The translations under genes were made by a program, and so were the position numbers. Shown piece after piece: positions 6,995-16,319 of a DNA stretch of 55,986 bases (its first letter is position 1; each line of letters opens with the position of its first letter). This stretch comes from a virus (lineage: Duplodnaviria; Caudoviricetes): positions 1 to 55,986 of the IMG/VR virus record IMGVR_UViG_3300025127_005641, one strand, 5' to 3'. Below the pieces are notes generated by a model. It searched no databases and had not been told where the DNA came from. It was given only the letters and a program-made list of their open reading frames with translations.

Positions 6995-9781
6995 ATGTCA
7001 GAATTTATTCAACGTCATATAGGGCCTTCTAAAAGGGAACAATCTAAAATGTTGTTAGATTTAGGTCTCTCAAGTATTGATGAACTTGTCAGGCAGATAG
7101 TTCCAGATTCTATTTTACTTCGTGGTGATAGTAAATTACCAGAAGGTTGTAGTGAGCAACAGGCACTTACAGAATTAAAAGAGATTGCTGAATTAAATGT
7201 AGTTAAAAGAAGTCTAATAGGACAAGGATATTATGGAACAATTACACCACCAGTAATACAGAGAAATGTATTTGAAAATCCTGCATGGTATACATCCTAT
7301 ACACCTTATCAGGCAGAGATATCACAAGGTAGATTAGAAGCATTATTTAATTATCAGACACTGATTACCGAACTTACGGGATTGCCAGTTGCAAATGCAT
7401 CATTATTGGATGAAGGAACTGCAGCTGCAGAGGCAATGATACTTGCATATAATCAAGGTAAGAAAAAAGATTTTATAGTTGATAGTAAAATATTTCCACA
7501 AACATTAGAAGTATTACGAACAAGAGCAAGACCATTAGGTATTAACATAATTAAGATTGATTTGGATGCAACAATCGCACTAGAAGAATTTACAAATGCA
7601 TTTGGATTATTAGTTCAATTACCAGATAGTAATGGAAGATTGAAATATCATGATGGATTGTTAAGATGTGCAGAAGTTTATAAGTGTATGAAGATTGCAG
7701 TTGTAGATCCTTTATGTCAGGTCTTGATGCAACCTGTAGGAGAAATGGGATTTGATGTTGCAGTTGGTAGTATGCAGAGGTTTGGAGTTCCTATGGGATT
7801 TGGAGGGCCTCATGCAGCATTCTTTGCAACCACTGACAAATATAAACGTAAAATTCCTGGACGTATTGTAGGGCAGTCGGTAGATAGTCAAGGTAATAAA
7901 GCACTACGATTAGCGTTGCAGACAAGGGAACAACATATAAGAAGAGACAAAGCAACGTCCAATATATGCACTGCCCAAGCACTCCTCGCAAATATGGCAG
8001 GTTTTTATGCTTGCTATCACGGTGCGGAAGGTTTGAAAAAAATAGCAAATAGAATATTAAGATATAGGCAAACTTTACTGTCAGCATTGAAATGGTGTGG
8101 AAAAGAAGTTTATGATTGTGAGGGTTTTGATACTATACGTGTCAAAGTTGATAAAGAATTTTTTGATTTTTTTAGTGAACAATTTAATGCAACTTATAAT
8201 GATGGTTGGTTAACTCTATCTATAGATGAAGTCACTACACTATCTGAACTACACGATATTATTAGATCATTAATTACTTTTAGTTCCCGTTCAGATACAA
8301 TAGGACACGTTTATAATTTAGAAAAAGAATATAAGTGGTTAGGTGTTCCAGAAAGAACTAAACCTTGGTTAAGGCAAGATGTATTTAATAAGTATCAAAG
8401 TGAAACTAATATGATGAGATATATGAATGAGTTAGTATCAAAAGATTTCTCATTAGTAAATGGTATGATGCCACTTGGCAGTTGCACTATGAAACTTAAT
8501 GCAGCATCAGAACTGATGCCAGTGTCATGGCCTGAATTTGCAAATATTCATCCATTTGCTCCTAAAATTCAGACACATGGTTATCAAAGAGTTGTAGATG
8601 ACCTAAAAGAATGGTTGTGTGATATTACAGGATTTGCTGATATTAATTTACAACCAAATGCTGGTTCTCAAGGTGAGTATGCTGGTCTTCTTGCAATTCA
8701 AGAATATCATAAAAGTCGTGGTGATGATAAAAGAAATGTATGTTTAATTCCTACAAGTGCACATGGAACAAATCCAGCATCGGCAGTGATGGCAGGTATG
8801 AAGATCGTTCCTGTTAAGTGTGACGATGAAGGTAATATCGATTTAAAAGATTTAGAAAAGCAAGCACTTATGAATTATCTTGAGTTGTCTTGTATTATGA
8901 TTACATATCCATCAACTCATGGTGTATTTGAACCAACCATCAAAGACATCTGTAAAATTATACATGAAAATGGTGGTCAAGTTTATCTTGATGGTGCAAA
9001 TTTAAATGCACAAGTTGGACTTGCAAAACCATGTAATTATGGTGCAGATGTATGTCATCTTAACTTACATAAAACATTTTGTATTCCTCATGGTGGCGGT
9101 GGGCCAGGTGTAGGCCCAATTGGTGTTGCACAACATTTAGTTCCTTTTATGAATCAAAGGGTATCAGCAGCACCTCAAGGTAGTGCATCTATTTTACCAA
9201 TCAGTTGGATGTACATAAGAATGATGGGTGCTGATGGATTAAGAAAAGCAAGTGAAGTATCTTTACTTACAGCAAACTGGTTAGTGCAACGTATTGAACC
9301 TTTCTTCAAAGTATTATACAAAGGTAATAATGGGAGAGTTGCACACGAATGTATATTTGACGTAAGACATTTTGAAGGTATCACTGCTGAAGATGTAGCG
9401 AAAAGATTAATGGATTATGGTTTTCATGCACCTACATTATCTTGGCCAGTTACAGGAACAGTTATGGTAGAACCAACTGAAAGTGAGTCATTAGAAGAAC
9501 TTGAAAGATTTGGTGTAGCAATGGTAAGTATCAGAAGAGAGATTGATAATAATAAAGATATTTTGAAAAACTCACCTCATACTGCAAGGGTTGTAAGTTC
9601 AGACAAATGGGAGTATAATTATACTCGTGAAGAAGCAGCGTATCCTGTAGACCAAACAAATAAGTTTTGGCCAGCAATATCTAGAATAGACAATGTTTAT
9701 GGAGATCGTAATCTTGTCTGCTCTTGTGCTAACTATTTTGATAATGAAGATGGATCTAAAAGACTGGTTGAATTCAATTAA
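6995..9781 (+). CDS. gcvP: glycine dehydrogenase (decarboxylating), glycine cleavage P protein
   Basis: FIQRHIGP, YTPYQAEISQGRLE, KATSNICTAQALLA, PLGSCTMKLN, PLP-lysine NLHKTFCIPHGGGGPG, YGDRNLVCSC. Confidence 0.97.
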   Translation: MSEFIQRHIGPSKREQSKMLLDLGLSSIDELVRQIVPDSILLRGDSKLPEGCSEQQALTELKEIAELNVVKRSLIGQGYYGTITPPVIQRNVFENPAWYTSYTPYQAEISQGRLEALFNYQTLITELTGLPVANASLLDEGTAAAEAMILAYNQGKKKDFIVDSKIFPQTLEVLRTRARPLGINIIKIDLDATIALEEFTNAFGLLVQLPDSNGRLKYHDGLLRCAEVYKCMKIAVVDPLCQVLMQPVGEMGFDVAVGSMQRFGVPMGFGGPHAAFFATTDKYKRKIPGRIVGQSVDSQGNKALRLALQTREQHIRRDKATSNICTAQALLANMAGFYACYHGAEGLKKIANRILRYRQTLLSALKWCGKEVYDCEGFDTIRVKVDKEFFDFFSEQFNATYNDGWLTLSIDEVTTLSELHDIIRSLITFSSRSDTIGHVYNLEKEYKWLGVPERTKPWLRQDVFNKYQSETNMMRYMNELVSKDFSLVNGMMPLGSCTMKLNAASELMPVSWPEFANIHPFAPKIQTHGYQRVVDDLKEWLCDITGFADINLQPNAGSQGEYAGLLAIQEYHKSRGDDKRNVCLIPTSAHGTNPASAVMAGMKIVPVKCDDEGNIDLKDLEKQALMNYLELSCIMITYPSTHGVFEPTIKDICKIIHENGGQVYLDGANLNAQVGLAKPCNYGADVCHLNLHKTFCIPHGGGGPGVGPIGVAQHLVPFMNQRVSAAPQGSASILPISWMYIRMMGADGLRKASEVSLLTANWLVQRIEPFFKVLYKGNNGRVAHECIFDVRHFEGITAEDVAKRLMDYGFHAPTLSWPVTGTVMVEPTESESLEELERFGVAMVSIRREIDNNKDILKNSPHTARVVSSDKWEYNYTREEAAYPVDQTNKFWPAISRIDNVYGDRNLVCSCANYFDNEDGSKRLVEFN

Positions 9782-10130
9782 CCAAACAAAGAAAAATTTA
9801 ATAGATGAAGATCCTTTATTAGAAAAAGAGTATTCACCATATATTATCAATCGTATTTACTCTGGACATCTTGATGCGATTATGTTTTCTAACGAAATGA
9901 ATCAGTATCATTTTTTACCAAAGAAGATGCAATATGATTTTTATCTAAATACACTCAGATCCAAGAAGAGATTTTCTCCTTGGTTACGTAAAGATGAGAT
10001 TAAAGACCTTGACTTGGTAAAACGTTATTATGATTATAGTAACGAAAAGGCAAAACAAGCTCTAAGAATCCTATCAAAAGAACAACTTAATTTTATAAGA
10101 TCTAAATTTGAAATTGGAGGAAGACAATGA
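9750..10130 (+). CDS. g62: clamp loader small subunit gp62
   Basis: MDLKDWLNSINQTK, PYIINR, KRFSPW; start 9750 or 9744. Confidence 0.9.
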   Translation: MDLKDWLNSINQTKKNLIDEDPLLEKEYSPYIINRIYSGHLDAIMFSNEMNQYHFLPKKMQYDFYLNTLRSKKRFSPWLRKDEIKDLDLVKRYYDYSNEKAKQALRILSKEQLNFIRSKFEIGGRQ

Positions 10131-10561
10131 GTGTGGTTCAAGAACCTGTAGTGAAATGGGCACCTGATCAAATGGTTGAGGTAACTCTTAATGAACCAGA
10201 TGATTTCCTAAAAGTAAGAGAGACTCTCACAAGAATTGGGGTAGCATCCCGTAAAGAGAAAAAGATATACCAGTCATGTCATATTCTTCATAAGCAAGGT
10301 AGATATTATATCGTACACTTTAAAGAACTATTTGCATTAGATGGTAAGCATGCTAATCTAACTCAGAATGATGTTCAACGTAGAAATCGTATTATTCAAC
10401 TTCTTGCTGATTGGGGATTAATTAGTATTACTGATATAAGTAAAATACAAGATATTGCTCCTTTAAATCAAATTAAAGTATTAGCATATAAAGATAAAAC
10501 TGATTGGATACTTGAAACAAAATATAATATAGGTAGTAAGAAAAAAAAATCAGAAGAGTAA
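10127..10561 (+). CDS. regA: translational repressor RegA
   Basis: PDDFLKVRETLTRIGVAS, QSCHILHKQGRYYIVHFKELF. Confidence 0.95.
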   Translation: MSVVQEPVVKWAPDQMVEVTLNEPDDFLKVRETLTRIGVASRKEKKIYQSCHILHKQGRYYIVHFKELFALDGKHANLTQNDVQRRNRIIQLLADWGLISITDISKIQDIAPLNQIKVLAYKDKTDWILETKYNIGSKKKKSEE

Positions 10562-10563
10562 CC

Positions 10564-10728
10564 ATGAACGGTAGATTGGATAAAGTTGCCATGACCAATA
10601 AACTCATTCAACTCAAAAGAGAATTGCACTATAAATGTGAGATAGGAGAGATGGGTGAGTGGGAATGTGAGGGTGCAAATAAGTATTTGAATAAATCTCT
10701 AGACGTACTAGACGAGTATTGGCAGTAA
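10564..10728 (+). CDS. small hypothetical protein
   Basis: 54-aa ORF MNGRLDKVAMTNKL...LDVLDEYWQ read manually. Confidence 0.6.
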   Translation: MNGRLDKVAMTNKLIQLKRELHYKCEIGEMGEWECEGANKYLNKSLDVLDEYWQ

Positions 10729-10755
10729 AAACCGAACCACTATGTAAACTTAAAC

Positions 10756-10825
10756 TGTTATAATTAGTATTGAATGCCGTAATGGGTTCACAAAATACAA
10801 ACTCGCTTAATAAGGAGCTACTATC
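10756..10825 (+). promoter_or_regulatory. extended -10 promoter plus ROSE-like two-hairpin leader of hsp20
   Basis: TGtTATAAT 10756-10764; hairpin 10771-10790; CTCGCTT/AAGGAG stem with bulged G masking the SD. Confidence 0.5.
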
Positions 10826-11257
10826 ATGGGTACACTAGCAAGATACCACGCTGCAAATCTTCCAGAATTGATGGAGAAGATTACAAGAAACAGCATAGGA
10901 ATGGATGATTATCTCAATAGATTTTGGGAAGATACATCTACATCCAATTATCCACCATATAATCTAATAAGTGTTAACAATCACGAATCAAGACTTGAGA
11001 TTGCACTTGCAGGATTTAAGAAAAAAGATGTAAATGTATATACAGAATACGGAAGATTGATTATTGATGGAAATAAAGAAGAGAAAGAAGAACCTGAGAA
11101 CTATGCTCATAGAGGGTTAGCACAACGTTCTTTCACAAGACAATGGGCACTCTCTGACGATACAAAAGTAGAGAATGTAAAATTTGAGGATGGAATGCTA
11201 ACTATTAAATTAGGTAAAGTAATTCCAGAGCATCATGCTCGTAAAGAATATCTCTAA
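10826..11257 (+). CDS. hsp20: small heat shock protein Hsp20
   Basis: NYPPYNL, LEIALAGF, HRGLAQRSF, FEDGMLTI. Confidence 0.93.
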   Translation: MGTLARYHAANLPELMEKITRNSIGMDDYLNRFWEDTSTSNYPPYNLISVNNHESRLEIALAGFKKKDVNVYTEYGRLIIDGNKEEKEEPENYAHRGLAQRSFTRQWALSDDTKVENVKFEDGMLTIKLGKVIPEHHARKEYL

Positions 11258-11281
11258 ATATAAATGAGTTCGAGATGGATC

Positions 11282-11308
11282 AGGGTTCCTTGACGGAACC
11301 CTTTTTTA
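11282..11308 (+). terminator. intrinsic terminator of hsp20
   Basis: AGGGTTCC-ttgac-GGAACCCT plus T-run. Confidence 0.8.
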
Positions 11309-11318
11309 TTGCTATAAT
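11290..11318 (+). promoter_or_regulatory. sigma70-type promoter overlapping the terminator
   Basis: TTGACG-N17-TATAAT with TG extended -10. Confidence 0.65.
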
Positions 11319-11324
11319 ATATGT

Positions 11325-11393
11325 GCCAGAGAGATACTGGCTGCGGTATTCCCCTTTGGTGGGTTCAGGAGTAGCGGCTATAGGAACCTACCA
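11325..11393 (+). ncRNA. candidate structured leader RNA (hairpin plus pseudoknot), family unassigned
   Basis: GC-rich island starting at the predicted TSS, with several complementary segments (see findings). Confidence 0.5.
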
Positions 11394-11411
11394 TATTATT
11401 AAACAAAACTA

Positions 11412-11723
11412 ATGTCAGTTAAACTTGCTTTATTAAAATCAGGTGAACATATTATCTCAGATCTTAAAGAACTTATATCTGATGATAAAGTATGTGGTTA
11501 TTTGTTTACCAAACCACATGTTGTAACTTATAAAAAAACAGCAATCGTTCTCACTGAAGAAAAAGAAACTTCTAGTGATTTGCAAGTTTCTTTAGCACCT
11601 TGGATTATTTTTTCTAAAGATGAAAAAATTCCTGTTTCACCAGAATGGATTGTATCGATTGTAGAACCTATAGATACAATTAGAAAAATGTATGAGGAAA
11701 AGATAAATGCAGAAAATAATTAA
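11412..11723 (+). CDS. conserved cyanophage hypothetical protein
   Basis: MSVKLALLKSGEHIISD...LAPW...WIVSIVEP, usual gene upstream of gp43. Confidence 0.75.
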   Translation: MSVKLALLKSGEHIISDLKELISDDKVCGYLFTKPHVVTYKKTAIVLTEEKETSSDLQVSLAPWIIFSKDEKIPVSPEWIVSIVEPIDTIRKMYEEKINAENN

Positions 11724-11961
11724 ACTTGTAGTTCTTGAGCATTATAAGTTAATTTCTAAAATTGAGGAATCTCCTTCTGAATTGGGAGAACCTGATTGTC
11801 TTTTAATTAATCCTTATGTTATTAAAGATGATAAATCTTTGGAACCATTTTTGGACGGATTAACTAAAGAGGTTGAATTTATGATGAGTTCTGATAAAAT
11901 ACTTACATTGGCTGAACCCACACCTACATTACTTGAAGATTATCAGAACATTATTAAATAA
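11707..11961 (+). CDS. conserved hypothetical protein
   Basis: ELGEPDCLLINPY...SSDKILTLAEPT; TAATG coupling to gp43. Confidence 0.72.
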   Translation: MQKIIKLVVLEHYKLISKIEESPSELGEPDCLLINPYVIKDDKSLEPFLDGLTKEVEFMMSSDKILTLAEPTPTLLEDYQNIIK

Positions 11962-14456
11962 TGAGATTTTATACAAATGTTCAAATGGTTGGAGATAACT
12001 TTCTGGTTCGTGGTGTTGAAAATGGTAAACACTTTGCAACCAGAGAAAAATTTTATCCAACCCTTTTTGTTCCTTCTAAAAATAAATCCAAATATAAAAC
12101 TTTGGAAGGAGATTATGTAGAATCAGTAGAACCTGGTTCTGTAAGAGATTGTCGTGAGTTTATAAAGAAGTATGACGGTGTGGAGAATTTTAGAGTATAT
12201 GGTAATGAGAGATTTATTTATCAATATATTTCTGAAAAATATCCAGAAGATGAAATTAAGTTCGATACAAGTCAGATTAAGATAACCACAATTGATATTG
12301 AGGTTGCATCAGAAAATGGATTTCCTGATGTAGAATCTGCTGCAGAAGAAATACTACTTATTTCTCTTCAAGATTATAATACCAAACAAATTCGCACATG
12401 GGGATTAGGTGCATTTAACAATAAACAAGAGAATGTAATATACAAATCATTCAAAACTGAATATGAACTTCTTCGTTCTTTTATTAATTGGTGGATGATT
12501 GAAGACAATACACCAGAGGTTATTACTGGATGGAATAGTGAATTATATGATATTCCATATTTGGCTCGTCGTTTAGATAGGATACTTGGTGAGAAGTTGA
12601 TGAAACGTTTATCACCTTGGGGTTTGGTGACTGAAAGAGAAATTCATATTATGGGTCGCAAAAATATTACATATGATATTGGTGGTGTTACTCAACTTGA
12701 TTATCTCAATCTTTATAAAAAATTTACTTACAAGGCACAAGAATCTTATAGGTTGGATTATATTGCTAGTGTTGAACTCGGACAGAAGAAACTTGACCAC
12801 TCTGAGTTTGATACGTTTAAGGACTTCTATACAAAAGGTTGGCAGAAGTTTGTTGAGTATAATATAATTGACGTGGAACTTGTTGACCGTTTGGAAGACA
12901 AGATGAAACTGATTGAACTTGCCATAGTTATGGCATATGATGCAAAGGCAAATTATGCTGATGTATTTTCTCAGGTTCGTATGTGGGATACGATAATTTA
13001 CAATTATTTAAAAAAGAAGAATATTGTTATACCTCCAAAAGAAAAAACTGATAAAGATGCAAAATATGCAGGAGCATATGTCAAAGAACCAATATCTGGC
13101 AAATATGATTGGGTGGTTAGTTTTGATCTTAATAGTCTGTATCCTCATCTTATTATGCAGTATAATATCAGTCCAGAAACACTCAGGGAAACTAGGCATC
13201 CCAGTGCGAGCGTTGAAGGGTTACTAAATCAAGAGATAAAGATTGATGGAGATTATGCAGTTTGTGCAAATGGAGCACAATATAGGAAGGATGTACGTGG
13301 GTTCCTTCCTGAACTCATGGAAAAAATTTACAAAGACCGCACCATCTACAAGAAGAAGATGCTTGCTGCAAAACAGGAGTATGAAAAAAAGAAAACGAAA
13401 ACACTTGAGAAAGAGATTGCTAGGTGTAACAACATCCAGATGGCAAGGAAAATTCAACTTAACAGTGCTTATGGTGCTATTGGTAATCAATATTTTCGCT
13501 ATTATAAACTTGCCAACGCAGAAGCTATTACACTATCTGGTCAGGTTTCTATTCGTTGGATAGAAAACAAAATGAATGCATACCTAAACAAAATACTAAA
13601 AACGGAGGGTAAAGACTATGTTATTGCTAGTGATACTGACAGTATCTATCTCAACTTGGGTGATCTTGTCGATAGGGTATACGAAGGTAGAGAAAAGAAT
13701 GCTAAAAGCATCGTGTCGTTCCTTAATAAGGTGTGTGAGGTGGAATTTGAAAAATATATTGAGAATTCTTATGAAGCGTTGGCCAAATACGTAAGTGCTT
13801 ATGATAATAAAATGGTAATGAAGAGGGAGAATATTGCCGATAGAGGTATATGGACTGCTAAGAAAAGATATATTTTAAATGTATGGGATAGTGAAGGTGT
13901 TCGATATGAAGAACCTAAACTCAAGATGATGGGTATTGAGGCGGTTAAATCTTCTACACCAGCACCTTGTCGTACAATGATTAAAGACGCACTCAAGTTG
14001 ATGATGAATGCAACTGAAGAAGATGTAATTGATTATATTGATGCTTGTCGTAAGGAATTTAAGACACTCCCACCAGAGGATATAGCATTTCCAAGGACTG
14101 CATCTGATGTTCGTAAGTATTCTGCATCTTCTACAATCTATGCAAAAGGAACTCCTATACATATACGGGGTGCATTATTATTCAACCATTATGTCAAACA
14201 GAAAAAGTTGACTAATAAATATTCACTTATCGGTAATGGAGAGAAGGTCAAGTTTCTCTATCTTAAAAAACCGAATATTATACAAGAGAATGTATTATCA
14301 TTTATTCAAGATTTTCCTCATGAACTTGGTCTTGACAAATACATCGATTATGACCTACAATTTGAGAAAAGTTTTGTAGAACCTCTCAAAGCAATTCTTG
14401 ATGCCATAGGTTGGAACATCGAAAAAACTGTAAACTTAGAACTATTTTTTACCTAA
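11961..14456 (+). CDS. g43: DNA polymerase gp43 (family B)
   Basis: ExoI DIEV, SFDLNSLYP, KIQLNSAYG, SDTDS, KKRY. Confidence 0.98.
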   Translation: MRFYTNVQMVGDNFLVRGVENGKHFATREKFYPTLFVPSKNKSKYKTLEGDYVESVEPGSVRDCREFIKKYDGVENFRVYGNERFIYQYISEKYPEDEIKFDTSQIKITTIDIEVASENGFPDVESAAEEILLISLQDYNTKQIRTWGLGAFNNKQENVIYKSFKTEYELLRSFINWWMIEDNTPEVITGWNSELYDIPYLARRLDRILGEKLMKRLSPWGLVTEREIHIMGRKNITYDIGGVTQLDYLNLYKKFTYKAQESYRLDYIASVELGQKKLDHSEFDTFKDFYTKGWQKFVEYNIIDVELVDRLEDKMKLIELAIVMAYDAKANYADVFSQVRMWDTIIYNYLKKKNIVIPPKEKTDKDAKYAGAYVKEPISGKYDWVVSFDLNSLYPHLIMQYNISPETLRETRHPSASVEGLLNQEIKIDGDYAVCANGAQYRKDVRGFLPELMEKIYKDRTIYKKKMLAAKQEYEKKKTKTLEKEIARCNNIQMARKIQLNSAYGAIGNQYFRYYKLANAEAITLSGQVSIRWIENKMNAYLNKILKTEGKDYVIASDTDSIYLNLGDLVDRVYEGREKNAKSIVSFLNKVCEVEFEKYIENSYEALAKYVSAYDNKMVMKRENIADRGIWTAKKRYILNVWDSEGVRYEEPKLKMMGIEAVKSSTPAPCRTMIKDALKLMMNATEEDVIDYIDACRKEFKTLPPEDIAFPRTASDVRKYSASSTIYAKGTPIHIRGALLFNHYVKQKKLTNKYSLIGNGEKVKFLYLKKPNIIQENVLSFIQDFPHELGLDKYIDYDLQFEKSFVEPLKAILDAIGWNIEKTVNLELFFT

Positions 14457-14626
14457 TGGATTTGCCTATTAACGACAAAGAACTTTCCACTATTGTCAGT
14501 TCACTGACTTTGGGTGGGGATACTGCATTATATGAAAAACTTAAATTAATTAAAGATGTTAGGGATGCAAATCCTGATGGCCCTTATAAAAAAATATTAC
14601 GTGATACTTATGGAATGGTAATTTAA
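14456..14626 (+). CDS. hypothetical protein
   Basis: MDLPINDKEL..., TAATG coupling on both sides. Confidence 0.6.
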   Translation: MDLPINDKELSTIVSSLTLGGDTALYEKLKLIKDVRDANPDGPYKKILRDTYGMVI

Positions 14627-14793
14627 TGAAAGCAGATAGACACTTTGATCCAGTAAGTAATCTTGAAAAAGAACTCTTACAGGAACTTGACCAAATTGCA
14701 AAACAATTGAGAGGAAAGATTACTTACAGTCATTATGGAAATAGTGAAGGTAAAACATCTAAAACAGTAACCATTGAATATAACATTGAATAA
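14626..14793 (+). CDS. hypothetical protein
   Basis: 55-aa ORF MKADRHFDPV...KTVTIEYNIE read manually. Confidence 0.6.
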   Translation: MKADRHFDPVSNLEKELLQELDQIAKQLRGKITYSHYGNSEGKTSKTVTIEYNIE

Positions 14794-14797
14794 TAGT

Positions 14798-15799
14798 ATG
14801 GATTTTTTAAAAGAGATAGTAAAAGAAATAGGTGATGACTACACCCAACTCGCAGCAGACATCGACGAAACCGAAAAATTCATCGACACAGGATCATACA
14901 TCTTTAATGCAGTGGTTAGCGGTTCCATTTATGGTGGTGTATCTGGTAATAAGATCACTGCTATCGCTGGTGAAAGCAGTACTGGAAAGACTTTTTTCTC
15001 CCTCGCAGTGGTTAAAAACTTCCTTGATAATAATCCTGACGGTTATTGTCTTTACTTTGATACTGAAGCCGCAGTTAATAAAGGATTACTTGAGTCTAGA
15101 GGAATTGATCTTAAAAGACTTGTTGTTGTTAATGTGGTAACTATTGAAGAGTTTAGGGTTAAAGCACTTAGAGCAGTTGATATATATTTAAAGAGTTCTG
15201 AAGAAACTCGCAAACCTTGTATGTTTGTGTTAGACTCTCTGGGTATGCTTTCCACAGAGAAAGAAATACGAGATGCTTTGGATGATAAACAAGTGAGAGA
15301 CATGACCAAATCTCAACTTGTAAAAGGTGCATTCCGTATGCTAACACTGAAACTTGGTCAAGCAAATATTCCCCTTATAGTTACAAACCATACCTATGAT
15401 GTCATCGGATCTTATGTCCCTACTAAAGAAATGGGAGGCGGCTCTGGTCTCAAATATGCGGCCTCTACAATCATTTATCTCAGCAAAAAAAAGGAAAAGA
15501 GTGAGAAAGAGGTTGTTGGAAACATTATTAAAGCTAAGACACATAAATCGAGACTCAGCAAAGAAAATAAAGAAGTAAATATACGTCTTTATTATGATGA
15601 ACGAGGATTAGATCGCTATTATGGTCTCCTAGAATTAGGAGAACTTGGAGGAATGTGGAAAAATGTGGCTGGTAGATATGAAATGAATGGAAAAAAAGTA
15701 TATGCTAAGGCAATACTTTCAGATCCAGAAACTTATTTTACCGATGATGTGATGCAAAAACTTGATACCATAGCAAAAAAAGAATTTTCTTATGGTTAA
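14798..15799 (+). CDS. uvsX: RecA-like recombinase UvsX
   Basis: AGESSTGKT, YFDTE, VLDSLG, MGGGSGLKY; ATG at 14798. Confidence 0.95.
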   Translation: MDFLKEIVKEIGDDYTQLAADIDETEKFIDTGSYIFNAVVSGSIYGGVSGNKITAIAGESSTGKTFFSLAVVKNFLDNNPDGYCLYFDTEAAVNKGLLESRGIDLKRLVVVNVVTIEEFRVKALRAVDIYLKSSEETRKPCMFVLDSLGMLSTEKEIRDALDDKQVRDMTKSQLVKGAFRMLTLKLGQANIPLIVTNHTYDVIGSYVPTKEMGGGSGLKYAASTIIYLSKKKEKSEKEVVGNIIKAKTHKSRLSKENKEVNIRLYYDERGLDRYYGLLELGELGGMWKNVAGRYEMNGKKVYAKAILSDPETYFTDDVMQKLDTIAKKEFSYG

Positions 15800-16319
15800 A
15801 GTATATGATAATACAATTCCTGATGAATTATGTAAAACATTAATAAAGTTATTTGAAGATAATATAAAACACCAAGAATATTTTAACGAAGATAGTTGTC
15901 CTTGTTTTACTCAAGTTAATATTAACAAAATATCTTTAAAGATTGTTAATAATTTAATACCTTATCTTGCAGATGTATATCGAAGATATCGAAAAGACAC
16001 TAAAAATTATTATTCACCACCCATGAAGGAGTTGGAGGAATTTAGAATTAAAAGATATAATACTAGTGGTGATGAAAGATTTGATAAACATGTTGATGTG
16101 AATGATATTGCATCATCGATTAGAGCAGTTGCATTTTTATTTTATTTAAACTCAAATAATGGAAATACCATTTTTCCTAATCATGAGTTGAATATTAAAC
16201 CAGAATGTGGTAGAGTGGTTGTGTTCCCACCTACTTGGGAATATCCACATGCAGGTCTTCCACCTTCAAATAATTCAAAATATATTTTGAGCACTTATAT
16301 ACATTATGGAAAGAATTGA
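15792..16319 (+). CDS. 2OG-Fe(II) oxygenase (prolyl-hydroxylase-like)
   Basis: KHVD (HxD), FLFYLN, FPPTWEYPHAG, KYILSTY. Confidence 0.85.
   Translation: MVKVYDNTIPDELCKTLIKLFEDNIKHQEYFNEDSCPCFTQVNINKISLKIVNNLIPYLADVYRRYRKDTKNYYSPPMKELEEFRIKRYNTSGDERFDKHVDVNDIASSIRAVAFLFYLNSNNGNTIFPNHELNIKPECGRVVVFPPTWEYPHAGLPPSNNSKYILSTYIHYGKN

Noticed and set aside
10738-10760. Pho box upstream of hsp20
   Set aside because: Only one good half-site (CTTAAACT) and no 11-bp periodic partners.
11961-14456. Possible intein or intron in gp43 (also checked nrdA, nrdB, gp41)
   Set aside because: Lengths and motif spacing are normal, with no insertions.
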